Source: Felis catus (lineage: Eukaryota). Taken from it: a stretch of 64,000 bases of DNA. The stretch spans positions 14,572,001 through 14,636,000 of the forward strand of contig NC_058368.1 of the NCBI RefSeq assembly GCF_018350175.1, read 5' to 3'. The notes below the pieces were generated by a model. The model saw nothing but the letters and a program-made list of their open reading frames with translations. It was not told the DNA's origin and searched no databases. Positions 26,186-37,225 of this stretch are shown one piece after another. The number at the start of each line of letters is the position of its first letter. Positions within the stretch are counted from its first letter, which is position 1. The translations under genes were made by a program, and so were the position numbers.

Positions 26186-27430
26186 TGCCTCAGAATTGCC
26201 TTGATACCAAAATCAGCCAAAGACATCACAAGTTAAAAAGAAAGCCAACTCAGACCAATATCCCTTTTCAATATAGATGTAAAAATGTTAACAAAGCACT
26301 AGTAAACCAAATCCAGCAACATGATGTAGAATTATATACCATGACCAAGTGGAATTTGTTCTCAGAATGCAAGGTTGACGCAATATATTTAAAAAAATCA
26401 ACCTATGCAGTAAATCATTTTAATAGAATAAAGGACAGAAACCACATGATTATTTGAATAGACACAGACAATACATTTGACAAAATTCAGCACTCATTAT
26501 AAAAATACTCAATGGACAAAAATCAGTTACATTTCGATACACTAGCAATGAACAATTTGAAAATAAAATTAAGAAAACAACTTCATTTACAATTGCATAC
26601 TTAGACAAAAATGTAACATTCCTGAAGTATAAACTTAACAAAATAGTACAATATGTGTATACTGAAAACTGCAAAACATTTTTGAAAAAAATTAAAGATC
26701 TAAATAAATGGAAAGACGTTCATGGATTGGAAGGCTTGATATTACTAAGATGATAATACTCCCTAAACTGATTTACACCTGTATTGCAATACCTACCAAA
26801 TTCCTCATGGTTCCTTTTTTTTTTTTCCCCACAAAAATTTTAGAGCAGTTTTGGGTTCATAGTGAAATTGAGGGGAAGATACATAGATTTCCCATACATT
26901 TCCTGCCCCCCACACTCATAGCCTCCACCATTATCAACATCCCTCACCAGAGTGGTCCATTGGTCACAACTGATGAACCTACAATGATGCATCATAATCA
27001 CTCAAAGTCCATAGTGCAGTCTTGGTATTGTACATTCTATGATTTGGACAAATTTACAATAATATGGATGTACTATTATAGTATCATAATGAGTGTTTCC
27101 TTTGCCCTAAAAATCCTCCATTCTCTATTTGTGCCTTCCCGACTCTACCCCCACCACCTGACGACCACCGATCTCTTCATTGTCTCCACTATTTTGCCTT
27201 TCCAAAATGTCATATAGATGGAATCATGTAACCTTTTCAGATTGGCTTCCTTCACTTAGTAATATGTGTTTAAGTTCCTCCAAGTCTTTTCAGGGCTTGA
27301 CAGGTCATTTCTTTTTAGCACTGAAAAATATTGCATTATCCAAATGTACCACAGTGTTTTTATCCATTTGCCTACTGAAGGATATTTCTGGTTGCTTCTA
27401 GGCTTTGGAAATTATTAAAAAGCTGCTATA

Positions 27431-27684
27431 GGGGCGCCTGGGTGGCGCAGTCGGTTAAGCGTCGGACTTCAGCCAGGTCACAATCTCGTGGTCCGTGAGT
27501 TCGAGCCCCGCGTCAGGCTCTGGGCTGATGGCTCGGAGCCTGGAGCCTGTTTCCAATTCTGTGTCTCCCTCTCTCTCTGCTTCTCCCCCATTCATGCTCT
27601 GTCTCTCTCTGTCCCAAAAATAAATAAACGTTGAAAAAAAAAAAAAGAAAGAAAGAAACAATACTAAAAAAAAAAAAAAAAAAA
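27431..27684 (+). mobile_element. Young CanSINE (SINEC_Fc) with long bipartite A tail
   Basis: Near-consensus head ggggcgcctgggtggcgcagtcggttaagcg and intact B box gagttcgagcc. TSD aaaaagctgctata at 27417-27430 and 27685-27698. Confidence 0.97.
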
Positions 27685-27698
27685 AAAAAGCTGCTATA

Positions 27699-27819
27699 CT
27701 GGGTGCTGTATGTAAGCGATGAACTATGGGAATCTACCCCGAAAACCAAGAGCATACTTTACACACTGTATGTTAGCCAATTTGACAATAAATTATATTA
27801 AATAAATAAATAAATAAAT
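27699..27819 (+). mobile_element. Extremely 5'-truncated felid L1 (L1_Fc-like) 3' terminus, about 120 bp
   Basis: ctgggtgctgtatgtaagcgatgaa...gaatctaccccgaaaaccaagagca..cactgtatgttagccaatttgacaataaatt followed by a (TAAA)n tail. Flanked by aagctgctata copies. Confidence 0.85.
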
Positions 27820-29121
27820 AAGCTGCTATAAACATCCATGTGCAAGTTTTTGTATACATAGAAGTTTTCAACTCCTTTGGGTACATACCAAGAGCACAAT
27901 TGCTGGATTGTATTGGATTGTATGATAGGAGTATATTTAGTTTGTAAGAAACTGCCCAACTGTCTTCCAAAATGCCTGTACCATTTTGCACATACCAGCT
28001 GTGACTGAGAGTTCCTGTTGCCCCGCATATTTGTCAGTACTTGGTTTTGTCAGTGTTCCATATTATGGCCACTCCTAATAGATGTACAGTGATATTTCAC
28101 TATTTGTTCCTTGATAAGATAGAAAGGAAGTGGAGCATCTTTTTCCTCTGCCTACTTGCCATCTGTGTGTCTTCTTTGGTAAGGTGTCTGTTAAGGTTTT
28201 TGGCCTATTTTTTAATTGGGTTATTTTTGTTTATTGTTGACTTTTAAGAGTTCTTTATATATTTTGGGTGATAGTCCTTCATCAGATGTGTCTTTTACAA
28301 ATATTTTCTGAGTTTGTTCTCATCTTCTCATTCTCTTAACACTTACACAGAAGTTTTTAATTTTAATGAAGTCCAGTTTACCAATTATTTATTTCATGCC
28401 TTTGGTGTTGTATCTAGAAAGTCATTACCATACCCAAGGTCATGTAGGTTTTCTTCTGTGTGATCTTATAGGGCCTCTGGCTTCTTTTCAGCAAGTGACA
28501 AGCTGATCTTAAAATTCATATGAAAAGTCAAGCTACCCAGAATAGCCAAAATGACCTTGAAAATAAAGAAAAACATTGTATTACTCATGCTTCTCAACTT
28601 TAAGACCTAAACAAAAAGTAATCAAGGTGAAGGGTAATCAAGTGCTGGCATAAGGATAGATATATCAGGTAATGGATTATAATTGATAGTCGAGAAATAA
28701 GTCCATACAGGTAGAGTCAACAGATTTTCACCAAGGGTGCCAAGACAGTTCAATGGGGAAAAGGGTAAAGTTGGATCCCTAACTCACATGATAAACAAAA
28801 TCATAGACTTTAATGAAAAAACAACTACAACTATAAAATACTTAAAAGAAAGCTTAGGAGCAAGTTTTCATGACCTTGGATTAGGCAACAGCTTTTTAGA
28901 CATGGCATCAAAAGCACAGGGGACAATATATACATACCTTGGACTTAAATCAAAATTCAAAAATTTGATGCTGTAAATGATACCATCAAGAAAGTAAAAA
29001 GACAGCCTACAAAATGGGAGAAAGTATCATCAAATCACATATCTGGTAAGGAATTTGTATTCAGAATATATAAATAACTCTTACAACTCAAAAATTAAAA
29101 GACAGGTAAGCCAATTAAAAA

Positions 29122-29285
29122 ATTGAGGTATAATTCACACATTATACAACTCAATGGTTTTTAGGAAGTGTATAGGTTTGTGCAAATATCACTACAATCT
29201 AATTTTACAATATTTTTTCATTACCCCAAAAAGAAACCCTGTACCCGATAGCAGTCACTCCCCATCCCCCACGCCACTCCAGGCC
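29122..29285 (-). mobile_element. L1MB-like 3' end fragment
   Basis: attgaggtataattcaca... tcactacaatctaatttt..aatattttttcattaccccaaaaagaaaccctgtacc. Confidence 0.7.
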
Positions 29286-29519
29286 ATGCTGAGCACAGGT
29301 CTGGTCCTGAAGGACACTCAGCTCTGGTCTGTGGCTGGATCAACAAATGCAGGAAAGAATAAAGGAACAAACAAACACTCACCACTAGTGAGTGTTCAGA
29401 TGAAACTCGTAATGTAAGAATATTGTTTAAGAAACTCAAAGTTTAATCTTGTTTGCCCTCAGGTGGTTGCCAGGTGTCCTGTATACTCATTTTCTGTCCA
29501 GACTGGATAGAGAAAGACA

Positions 29520-31100
29520 AAGAGGGAAGAATCAAATACACTTCTGAGGTTTCTGGTTATAACCCCATTGGTAGAAGGTGGTACACACACTTAACCTGCA
29601 GACTTATCTAGAGAAGATCTGTGGGGTTAGCTGTGATGGGCTGAGGAACTCCCCTCCACCCAGGAAATTCAGGGGAAGAGTCTGGGAGGTGGCTGTGGAT
29701 CTGGGCTGGAGCTCCCAGGAGAGGGCTGGCTGGGGATGATGATGCTTTGGGAGCCATGGGCCTACTCAGAAGGGATTCGACTGCAGGAAGAGGAGCATGA
29801 GCAGAGAGAGGAGAAAAGAAGACAGAGAAGAGAACCCTTGACAACGCCAAGGTGTCAGACGCCCATGGAGGAACCTGAGGAAGAGCCGTCTGAGAAGAGT
29901 TTGAAGGAGAGAAGAGTCAACAGAACCAAGAACTGGAGTGAGGTCCAGTAAGACTGAAGAGGGTCACCACGTAGGCATTGCAGCCAGGTGGTTGGGGCAG
30001 GAGAGACTTGGAATGTAGGTGGAGCATATGGGAGTGGAAACTGTACCTGTAGCTTATTGTCAGTTAACCTAAATACCAACAGGACAGAGACCTGGTGACA
30101 CTTCTTGGAAGTTTAGTGTCGGTAATTTCTTTTCAAGTCATGTAGGATCTTGAGTAGGCAGAATAGGCAGAGCCAGCAGAAAGGAAGTGACTTGGTAAGA
30201 GAACAAACCATTGCTAGCAGGAGCCTAACGACGTGGGAGGAGAGGGGATTTGGAATCCAGATGGAAGGAGGACTCTCTGAAAGCGAGGGCAGGGTCTTCT
30301 GAGACCAGGGGGAAGAGGAGAGAATGAGAAATGTGCGTGGGCTTGAGGACGCAGCAGAAAGCTGAGGTGTTCTCCTTTGAGGGCCTCCTCGTCTTCTGGG
30401 AGGCAGCAGGTGAAGCCACCTGCTAGAAGGTGGGGGAGTGGCAGAGTGGGGCTCGAGGAACTGGGACGAGAGCGAGGGGACGCTGTCCGGAGGAAGAGGG
30501 CCACCCAGTGGCTTTGGGAGAACAGCCAATCTCGGGTGAGGGGTGGGGTCTGACTCTGCAGCGCCATCTTGTGGGCATTGCTCCAGCAGCCCCCGGGGCG
30601 AAGCCCCAGGTGGGTGGGATGGAGGAAAAGGGTGAGGAAGCTGAGGGCAGAGCACCTGAGGTGCTGAGTTGTGGTGGAGGGAAGGACCCAGGGCAGGCGG
30701 CCTTGCAGGGCGCACAGCCTGGGGGAAGGAGGGAGGGAAAGAACTGGAAAAACAGGGTGTGTGGCCAGCGAGTGGGATGATGGAGTGTGGGGTGTCTGCA
30801 AGGGCAGCCCGGTGATGACAAGGCCTGGGTGCGGCTGTGGGTGTGAGTGGCTGAATTTGCTGAGCCAGCAGGGGTGTAGGAGGCGGAGCGGGGCATTCCA
30901 GGACACCAGAGGGGGAGGCCCCACCGCAGAGACCTTAGCTAAGGCCAGCCAAAGTAGTGTCCGGTGTGTCAGAAGTCAGCCCTGCGCTCGTGGGGCGTGG
31001 GAAGGAGCTCGAGAGAGGGACGTTGCGTGGGCGGGACAGAGCGCAGGACAGGGCTGGGTGACAGTGCCCGAGAGAAACGGAGCTGCCACACCCACCGAGC
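29520..31100 (-). mobile_element. Long L2 LINE remnant spanning part of ORF2 (endonuclease end to RT)
   Basis: Purine-rich + strand typical of antisense L2 (ctggagctcccaggagagggctggctgggga). Minus-strand translations give SATHTHSRT / LVIT (compare L2/CR1 EN-end PTH..GHTLDLVIT) and PSIWIPNPLSSHVV (compare PSTC.LDPIPSHLL). Confidence 0.7.
30559..30577 (-). promoter_or_regulatory. Candidate CTCF site (overlapping YY1-like core)
   Basis: Minus strand reads TGCCCACAAGATGGCGCTG, close to the CTCF consensus TGGCCACCAG(G/A)(G/T)GGCGCT. Motif match only. Confidence 0.5.
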
Positions 31101-31483
31101 TTGAGAGCCTCGCTTCCAAAATGTGAGCTCCACACACACCTCTGTTAAAGGGAAAGGAATCTCCCAGAGTCCCAGCGTTAAATGTGCAGTGGTCATAAAA
31201 CTGTACAGGCACTTTAGGCTAATAGCTTTTAAACTAAACTGTGCACATTTTATACCCACAATATGGCTGGTGAGGGTGTTGTGTTCAAACAAAACCATTG
31301 TTTCCCTCACAAACTTAGTCCCGTCTGCTACAGTGCAGGTTTCTTTGTTTTTGTTTTTACTTTGGCTTCTTGCCCTTCGCCCATAGGACAATTCAAATTC
31401 TTCTGCTACTAGTTGTTGTCTGATCAACTTGAAACCTCGGTATGATGAGTTCCAACAGCACCTGGTTTCCACTTGATAGAGGT

Positions 31484-32000
31484 GTAACTTCTATCTGCTG
31501 GACTTACTGGCAGCTTACAGCTCTCAGCTGAGCCTCTCATGCCAGATTTGACCTTGCTGAAGGGCACTGCCCCGCTCAAGGTCACACCCTCCAGGGGCAG
31601 CCCACATCCAGTGACTGGTCATTTTGGGAGTATGAGGCCCCGGCCACCTTCCCTTCAATGCGGGGCAATTCTGAAAGGTCTTCCTGGCTCCAGAGCTCCC
31701 TGGAGGGTGGGTTGAGATCTTTGCTATGATTGCATCTCAGTTCAACTTCTTCCTCTGGCTCCACTCTCCCACAGGCATCATCCCTCAGAGCACTCCCCAA
31801 GAAACCTTCTGCATACACGTCTGCAAACTCTGAGGTGGCTCAGAGCTTGCTCTATAATAGTTGCCAGATTTAGCAAGTAAAGCTACAGGATGCCCAGGTA
31901 AATTTGAATTTCAGAAGAACAATGAAAAATTTTCCAGTAAGCATATTTGGCATATGTTATCTGGCAACACTGCCTCCTAGGGAGCCGAACCTGGGTTATG
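31484..32000 (+). mobile_element. ERVL solo LTR (LTR16-like), interrupted by MER53
   Basis: ctgccccgctcaaggtcacaccctccaggggcagcccacatccagtgactggtc; ctggctccagagctccc; gcatctcagttcaacttcttcctctg. Confidence 0.8.
31857..31971. mobile_element. MER53 hAT-type MITE, internally deleted
   Basis: Perfect 10-bp inverted termini gttgccagat (31860-31869) / atctggcaac (31959-31968), with acaggatgcccaggtaaatttgaatttcaga. Confidence 0.85.
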
Positions 32001-33229
32001 AAATGAGCATTCATGGCTGTCGCGGGTTATGGAAGAGGAGGCTGGTGGTTTCTATGTCTATGAAGAAATACAAAGTTTATTAAAGGCATGAGAGCCAGGG
32101 ACATTTCAAGGTCAATAAGACACCACATGTAGAGAATGGATGGAGGACAGGTATTGCTAGTGGACCTGACCAATTTTCAAGGGTGGAGGTGAAACTGAAC
32201 AGGTTTCCAAGAAGAAGCCCCACACTGTCCATATGGTGGTGAGCGCCTCAGATGAGGCTGCCTGCAGAGCAGATCAACCCAGACTGAGCCGTGCAAGGCC
32301 AGGGACACGTCCCACCATGACAGTCCCCAGGGGAGACTCTGCCTCTGCCTCCTTCCTGCCAAGGCAGTGAGGAAGCCAGCACTCACTGGAAGGGACAGAT
32401 CACACTCCCTCCTGTGCTCAAGGCAGTGAGAGCCCCAGTTCAAGAATAAAGACATTTTAATGATAAAGGTTGAATTTTGAATGCCATCTTTGACTTATTT
32501 TAGTAACCAAGCAATGATGGAAACTGATAGCACGTGGTCAAAATGGTGTGACGAGGAAACCTGGCCCCTAGTGAGAAATGGGGGGTTCGACAGGGACTTT
32601 ATCAAGAGCCAGTTATTGAAAAGAATGAAACCATTTCATGCTTCTATCTAACACTCACAATAAATCAGTTACAATCATTGTTATCACACTACGGGCCTTT
32701 AGCCTGAGAAACGAAGTGTTCTAATACCCTGAGCAAAGATGTCTGTTATTCACTCTTACTGGAGAAAGAAGAGAAAGGGTTGCAGCTTGGGGAAAGGACC
32801 ACAGGCCCTACTCCTCATCCAGCCCACCCCATCCTCCTGGGCTCTCAGCCTCTTCCCACTGCAATGCACTCGCTCTGGGAAGGTGTTTTGTACCCGGCAA
32901 TACATCCAGGTCTTACTAAAGAGCTTGCCTTACTTCTACTGCTTCTTCAGGCTTTTCTTCCCATCCCACAACCCAGATCTGCAAGTCACAGTGCTGTGGT
33001 GCGGCCAGTGGCGCTATCTTAGGGGACATTGATGACGTGGTTGGTTCGTGCCCCTGTTTACTGGTCTGGATCTGCCTTTACCACTTAGCAGCTGCTGAAG
33101 CAGCTGCCTGTGGACTTCTCTAGAGTCATTCCTCTTCTGAAATATAAAGGAGCTCTCCTACCTCCACTTCCTATCTCTGTTGATAAACCCACGTCCTTTT
33201 TCTGCCTGGGGGAAGGTACTCATTTTGCA

Positions 33230-33800
33230 GAAGTTCCATTCTCCGTGTCTCAGCATCCTTGCTGACATTTGTTATTGTGTGTCTTTTTTAATGTTAGCCA
33301 TCCTAATAGGGATAAGATAGTATCTCATTGTGGTTTTAATTTGCATTTCCTGATGACTGTTGATGTTGATCATCTTTTCATGTGCTTATTAGCATTTGTG
33401 TCTCTCCTTTGGAGACATCTCTATTCAGATTTTTGGGGGGCCTATTTTTCCGTTAAGTCACATGTCTTTATTTTTGTGTTGTAAAAGGCATGTATTCTGG
33501 CTGCAATTTTCCTACCAGATATATGATTTGCAAATACGTGGCCTTTTGTGACCGGTTTCTTTTGCTTAGTTTTTGAATGCTTTTGAGATTCATCCACGTT
33601 GTTTTGTGAATGGTAGTTGTTCCTTTTTATTGCTGAGTAACGATCCCAATATATGGATGTCTATGGTCCATTTGTCCACTTACTATTTGATGAGCAATTA
33701 GGTTTTTTTCTAGTTCTTAGCTACAATGAAAAAAAGCTGCTATAAATATTAGTGTACAAATCTTTCTGTGGCTATTTCTTCTTACTTCTCTTGGGTGGGT
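33230..33800 (-). mobile_element. Old L1 (L1MB-like) fragments
   Basis: tatctcattgtggttttaatttgcatttcc; gagattcatccacgttg; gctgctataaatatt. Confidence 0.8.
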
Positions 33801-33939
33801 CAATACTTACTTTCTGACTTTTGAACCTCAGGGTGGCCATGAAATACCAACAATTCTAGTATAATTGGAGAAGAAAATAGATGCCTGGGATGACTAGCAG
33901 ACCATACTAATAACCCAAACATAAAACCCTGTCTTTTGT

Positions 33940-33990
33940 TGTACCAGTCAGGGTTCAACCAGGGAAGCAGAATCAATAGGACACATACAG

Positions 33991-34038
<48 letters not shown>

Positions 34039-34477
34039 ACACAAGAGATTTATCATGAGGAATTGGCTGGCTAAGCACATAAGAAATCCAGAGAGAGGCC
34101 TTTGGAAGGGAAATTCAGAAGCAGGCTGGACCCACAGGCATGGGTGCAAGCTGTTGTCCAGGGAAGTCCTAAACCTTCTTTGAAGGACTCCCAACTGATT
34201 AAGTTAGGCCAACCCAGAATTATGTCCCTAACCTAAAGTCAACTGTTCAGGACTTTAATGATCTCTGCAAAATCCATGTACAGCAGCACCCAAATTAGTG
34301 TTTGAGTGAATAGCTGGGAGAGGGTATGTATATGCTACAAAATGGCTGCAGCTTCCCTTCTTTCCTTCACATCTCCCAAGAGAATGTTTCTTATAGCCAC
34401 CCTGTCTGAAAACATACTGGAAAGAGAATGCTGGGAAATACAGTTCAGTACAGTAGTTCACCACAAAGCTATCACAC
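33940..34477 (-). mobile_element. ERVL solo LTR (MLT2-like) with internal (CA)n at 33993-34043
   Basis: tgtaccagtcagggttcaaccaggg..cagaatcaatagg, agagatttatcatgaggaattggct, aaagtcaactg, attagtgtttgagtgaata; ends atcaca. Confidence 0.85.
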
Positions 34478-34575
34478 CTGGGTTGGAAAAAGTCTCTAAC
34501 TGGTCCAGCTCAGGTCACATGACCACTCTGAGACCAATCTTGGCCACCAGGGAGAGGGGTAGAATGATCAAGCCT

Positions 34576-34794
34576 GGGGCACCTGGGTGGCTCAGTAGGT
34601 TAAGCATTGGACTTCCGCTCAGGTCAAGATCTCACAGCTTCTGAGTCTGAGCCCTGAGTCAGACTCTGTGCTGACAGCTCAGAGCCTGGAGGCTGCTTCG
34701 GATTCTGTGTCTCCCTCTCTATCTGCCCCTCCCCTGCTCATGCTTTATCTCTCTAAAATGAATAAACATTAAAAAAAAAAAAAAAAAAAAAAAA
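34576..34794 (+). mobile_element. CanSINE
   Basis: Head, CT tract and long A tail. Perfect TSD aatgatcaagcct at 34563-34575 and 34796-34808. Confidence 0.95.
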
Positions 34795-35772
34795 CAATGA
34801 TCAAGCCTGAATGTCATGATCATCTCTTGGCTAGGAGGATATGAACCTGTGATGATTCATCCAACTCACATGATTTGGACGCAGAAGGAACAGGTACCCA
34901 AAGGAATTGGGGGTGTTGAAAAGCCAATGCAGCCCATATCTACCCATGGGATCAAGCACTATGCCTAGCATTCAGAAGGCATTCAATACGGTGCAACTGA
35001 AAACCTAAACAAGGACAAAAGTGGAACACAGGTTGTATTAATTCTACTGCATGGCCAGTCACTGCCGTTGGCTGGACCTGGCTGAGATCCAAGAGAAGGG
35101 CAAATCTGTTAGTCCCTGTGACTGCCACGTAGGTCCTGGTTGCTGCACATCAGGATTGGCTTCTCAGTGTGTTAATGCCTTTCCAATTTTCTGAAACAGT
35201 TGTTATTTTCCAAGACATGTTACATATCTCCACAGCAGCACGGCTGCTTGTTCACACTCGGTTTCCTCGGGAAGTCTCTGGCGAGCACCATCTGGCTTCA
35301 GGGAGGGGACCGATCATGGGTCTTGTGTTCCTCCACTGCCTCCTCCTCAGGGGGCTTTAACTTCTCCCTCAGGCCCCCAAGGAGAAGGCCCCCCACGACT
35401 GTTGGTCCCATTCAGCCAAAGCAGCAAGTTTGCACCTTTAGTCCCTGCAGCATTATCCTGTTGCTAAATCTGGGCCAGCGGAAATGGTGCTTAGCTGCCT
35501 CTCTCATGGACTCATCAAAGTTTCATGATCCTTTTTATGGAGCAGTACCAGCAGGAAGAGGAGCTGTCGGTGTATATACATCCTGGTCTCATCCCCTACT
35601 TTGTTGTAAACCTCCCAGCCAGAGAAGCATGTCGTACTTCTGTGTGCATGTGTCTGTGGAGCCTAGGACAGCAGCCTCATTCTAAAGGGCATCGGGCAAA
35701 TGTTTGCTGATGAATAATGAAAGAAGGGGTAAATGAGTGAAGGAGATCGGGAGGGGCTGGCCTTCCCTTCCT

Positions 35773-36233
35773 TTTTTTTTTGTTTTAATTTTTAAATGTT
35801 TTTTATTTAAAAAAAATTTTTTTTTCAACGTTTATTTATTTTTGGGACAGAGAGAGACAGAGCATGAACGGGGGAGGGGCAGAGAGAGAGGGAGACACAG
35901 AATCGGAAACAGGCTCCAGGCTCTGAGCCATCAGCCCAGAGCCTGATGTGGGGCTCGAACTCACAGACCGCGAGATCGTGACCTGGCTGAAGTCGGACGC
36001 TTAACCGACTGCGCCACCCAGGCGCCCCATTAAATGTTTATTTATTTTTGAGAGAGAGAGAGAGAGTGCATGAGCACGAGTGTGGTACAGGCAGAGAGAG
36101 AGACAGGCAGGCTGAAGCAGGCTCCAGGCTCTGAGCTGTCAGCACAGAGTCCGACATGGGGCTCAAACCCACAAACCGTGAGATCATGACCTAAGCCGAA
36201 GTCAGACACTTAACTGAGCCACCCAGGGGTTCC
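35773..36233 (-). mobile_element. CanSINE (older, outer element; body 36030-36233, tail 35773-35801)
   Basis: TSD tggccttcccttcct (35758-35772) / tggtcttcccttcct (36234-36248). Confidence 0.9.
35802..36028 (-). mobile_element. Young CanSINE (SINEC_Fc) nested in the tail of the older SINE
   Basis: Near-consensus, CpG-rich body. TSD ttaaatgttt at 35792-35801 and 36030-36039. Confidence 0.95.
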
Positions 36234-36629
36234 TGGTCTTCCCTTCCTCTTAAGCATAGGCAATAACTGAGCTGAAATTAGAAGTGGGTGTCCTTATGCA
36301 CAGTGGGGCTGGCAATGCTAGTAATGTGACCCGCACTGTTGTGACACTCTCTGTCCTTTTCTTTTGTTACACTCGTTAAATTTGTAATTATGGGCAACAC
36401 ATACCTTTCATTCTGCCTGCCTCTCCTACTAGACTGTAAGCTCTGTAAGAGTGAGGGAAACTGGGCCCGTTTCCCAGCCGTGGCATTCAACAGGCACTCA
36501 GTATGTGTTGAATGAATGAATGAATGTCATCTGGTGAGCATATTTGATTCAAAATACCAGAGCTTTCGAGGAAGGCAAATGATCTCTGCTAGAGTCGCTT
36601 TCAGTTTAAATTCTAGTTCTGATTCCCCC

Positions 36630-36830
36630 GCTAGTCATTAAATAGGTAGTGTTTATGGAGGACTTGCTATGCGGCACGCTTTGCTCTAAGCCTGCTACTT
36701 GTATCCTTTAAGAAATCCTCACACCGTCACTACGAAGTAGGCACTGTGCTATTGCTCATTTTGCAACACAGGGAACAAAAGCACAGGGAGCTTAAGTATG
36801 TGCCCAAGGTGATGCCATTGATAAGTAGTT
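36630..36830 (-). mobile_element. MIR remnant
   Basis: aatcctcacaccgtcactacgaagtaggcact..attttgcaac..gcttaagtatgtgcccaaggt. Confidence 0.6.
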
Positions 36831-36951
36831 GTGCCTCCTGATGATGAAAGATACCTGCCCATCCCTAGTGTCCAGACAAACAAAGCAGGCCTTGGAAGGC
36901 AGGGTAGAGCCCAGGGATGAGCTAATTCTTCTTAAAATCCATCACCTTTTG

Positions 36952-37172
36952 GGGGCACCTGGGTGGCTCAGTTTGTTAAGCATCCAGCTTCGGCTCAGGT
37001 CATGATCCCACGGTTCGTGGGTTCGAGCCCCGCGTCAGGCTCTGTGCTGACAGCTCAGAGCCTGGAGGCTGCTTCGGATTCTGTGTCTCCCCCTCTGTCT
37101 CCGGCCTTCCCCCACTCACCCTCTGTTTCTGTCTCTCTCTCGAAAATAAATAACATTTTTAAAAATTAAAAA
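36952..37172 (+). mobile_element. CanSINE
   Basis: Full body. TSD aaaatccatcaccttt / aaaattcatcaccttt. Confidence 0.95.
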
Positions 37173-37225
37173 AAAATTCATCACCTTTACATGTTACTTC
37201 CTGTGTAAGCCACCCAGCAACGCTC

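Larger units (their letters stand above)
26815..28473 (-). mobile_element. L1 (L1MD-like) 3' part inserted antisense into the older L1
   Basis: Poly-T, then ttttagagcagttttgggttcatagtgaaattgag..., an L1M 3'UTR and the ORF2 end in reverse. Degenerate TSD cctcatggttcctttt / cctctggcttctttt. Confidence 0.85.
26195..29120 (+). mobile_element. Old L1 ORF2 remnant (host), split by an antisense L1 at 26815-28473
   Basis: ORF2-like blocks (ctagtaaaccaaatccagcaac; atttgacaaaattcagcac; catggattggaaggcttgatattactaagatg) resume colinearly at ~28474 (gacaagctgatcttaaaattcatatg...gacagcctacaaaatgggagaaa). Confidence 0.85.

Noticed and set aside
25765..26400. Opposite-strand L1 pieces abutting, as in twin-priming inversion
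   Set aside because: The inverted piece is 3'UTR-like and appears to be a different subfamily, which does not fit twin priming.
26708..27217. 169-aa ORF
   Set aside because: Chance read-through from L1 ORF2 residue into an antisense L1 3'UTR.
27431..27520. tRNA-like A and B boxes in SINE heads
   Set aside because: These are the internal Pol III promoters of tRNA-derived CanSINEs, not tRNA genes.
30113..31126. Several long overlapping ORFs (up to 236 aa) on both strands
   Set aside because: Explained by GC-rich, stop-poor L2-derived sequence. The L2 motifs are scattered over different frames, so there is no intact gene.
31857..31971. Possible MER53-derived miRNA hairpin (miR-1302 type)
   Set aside because: The central palindrome is largely deleted, so a suitable hairpin is not evident.
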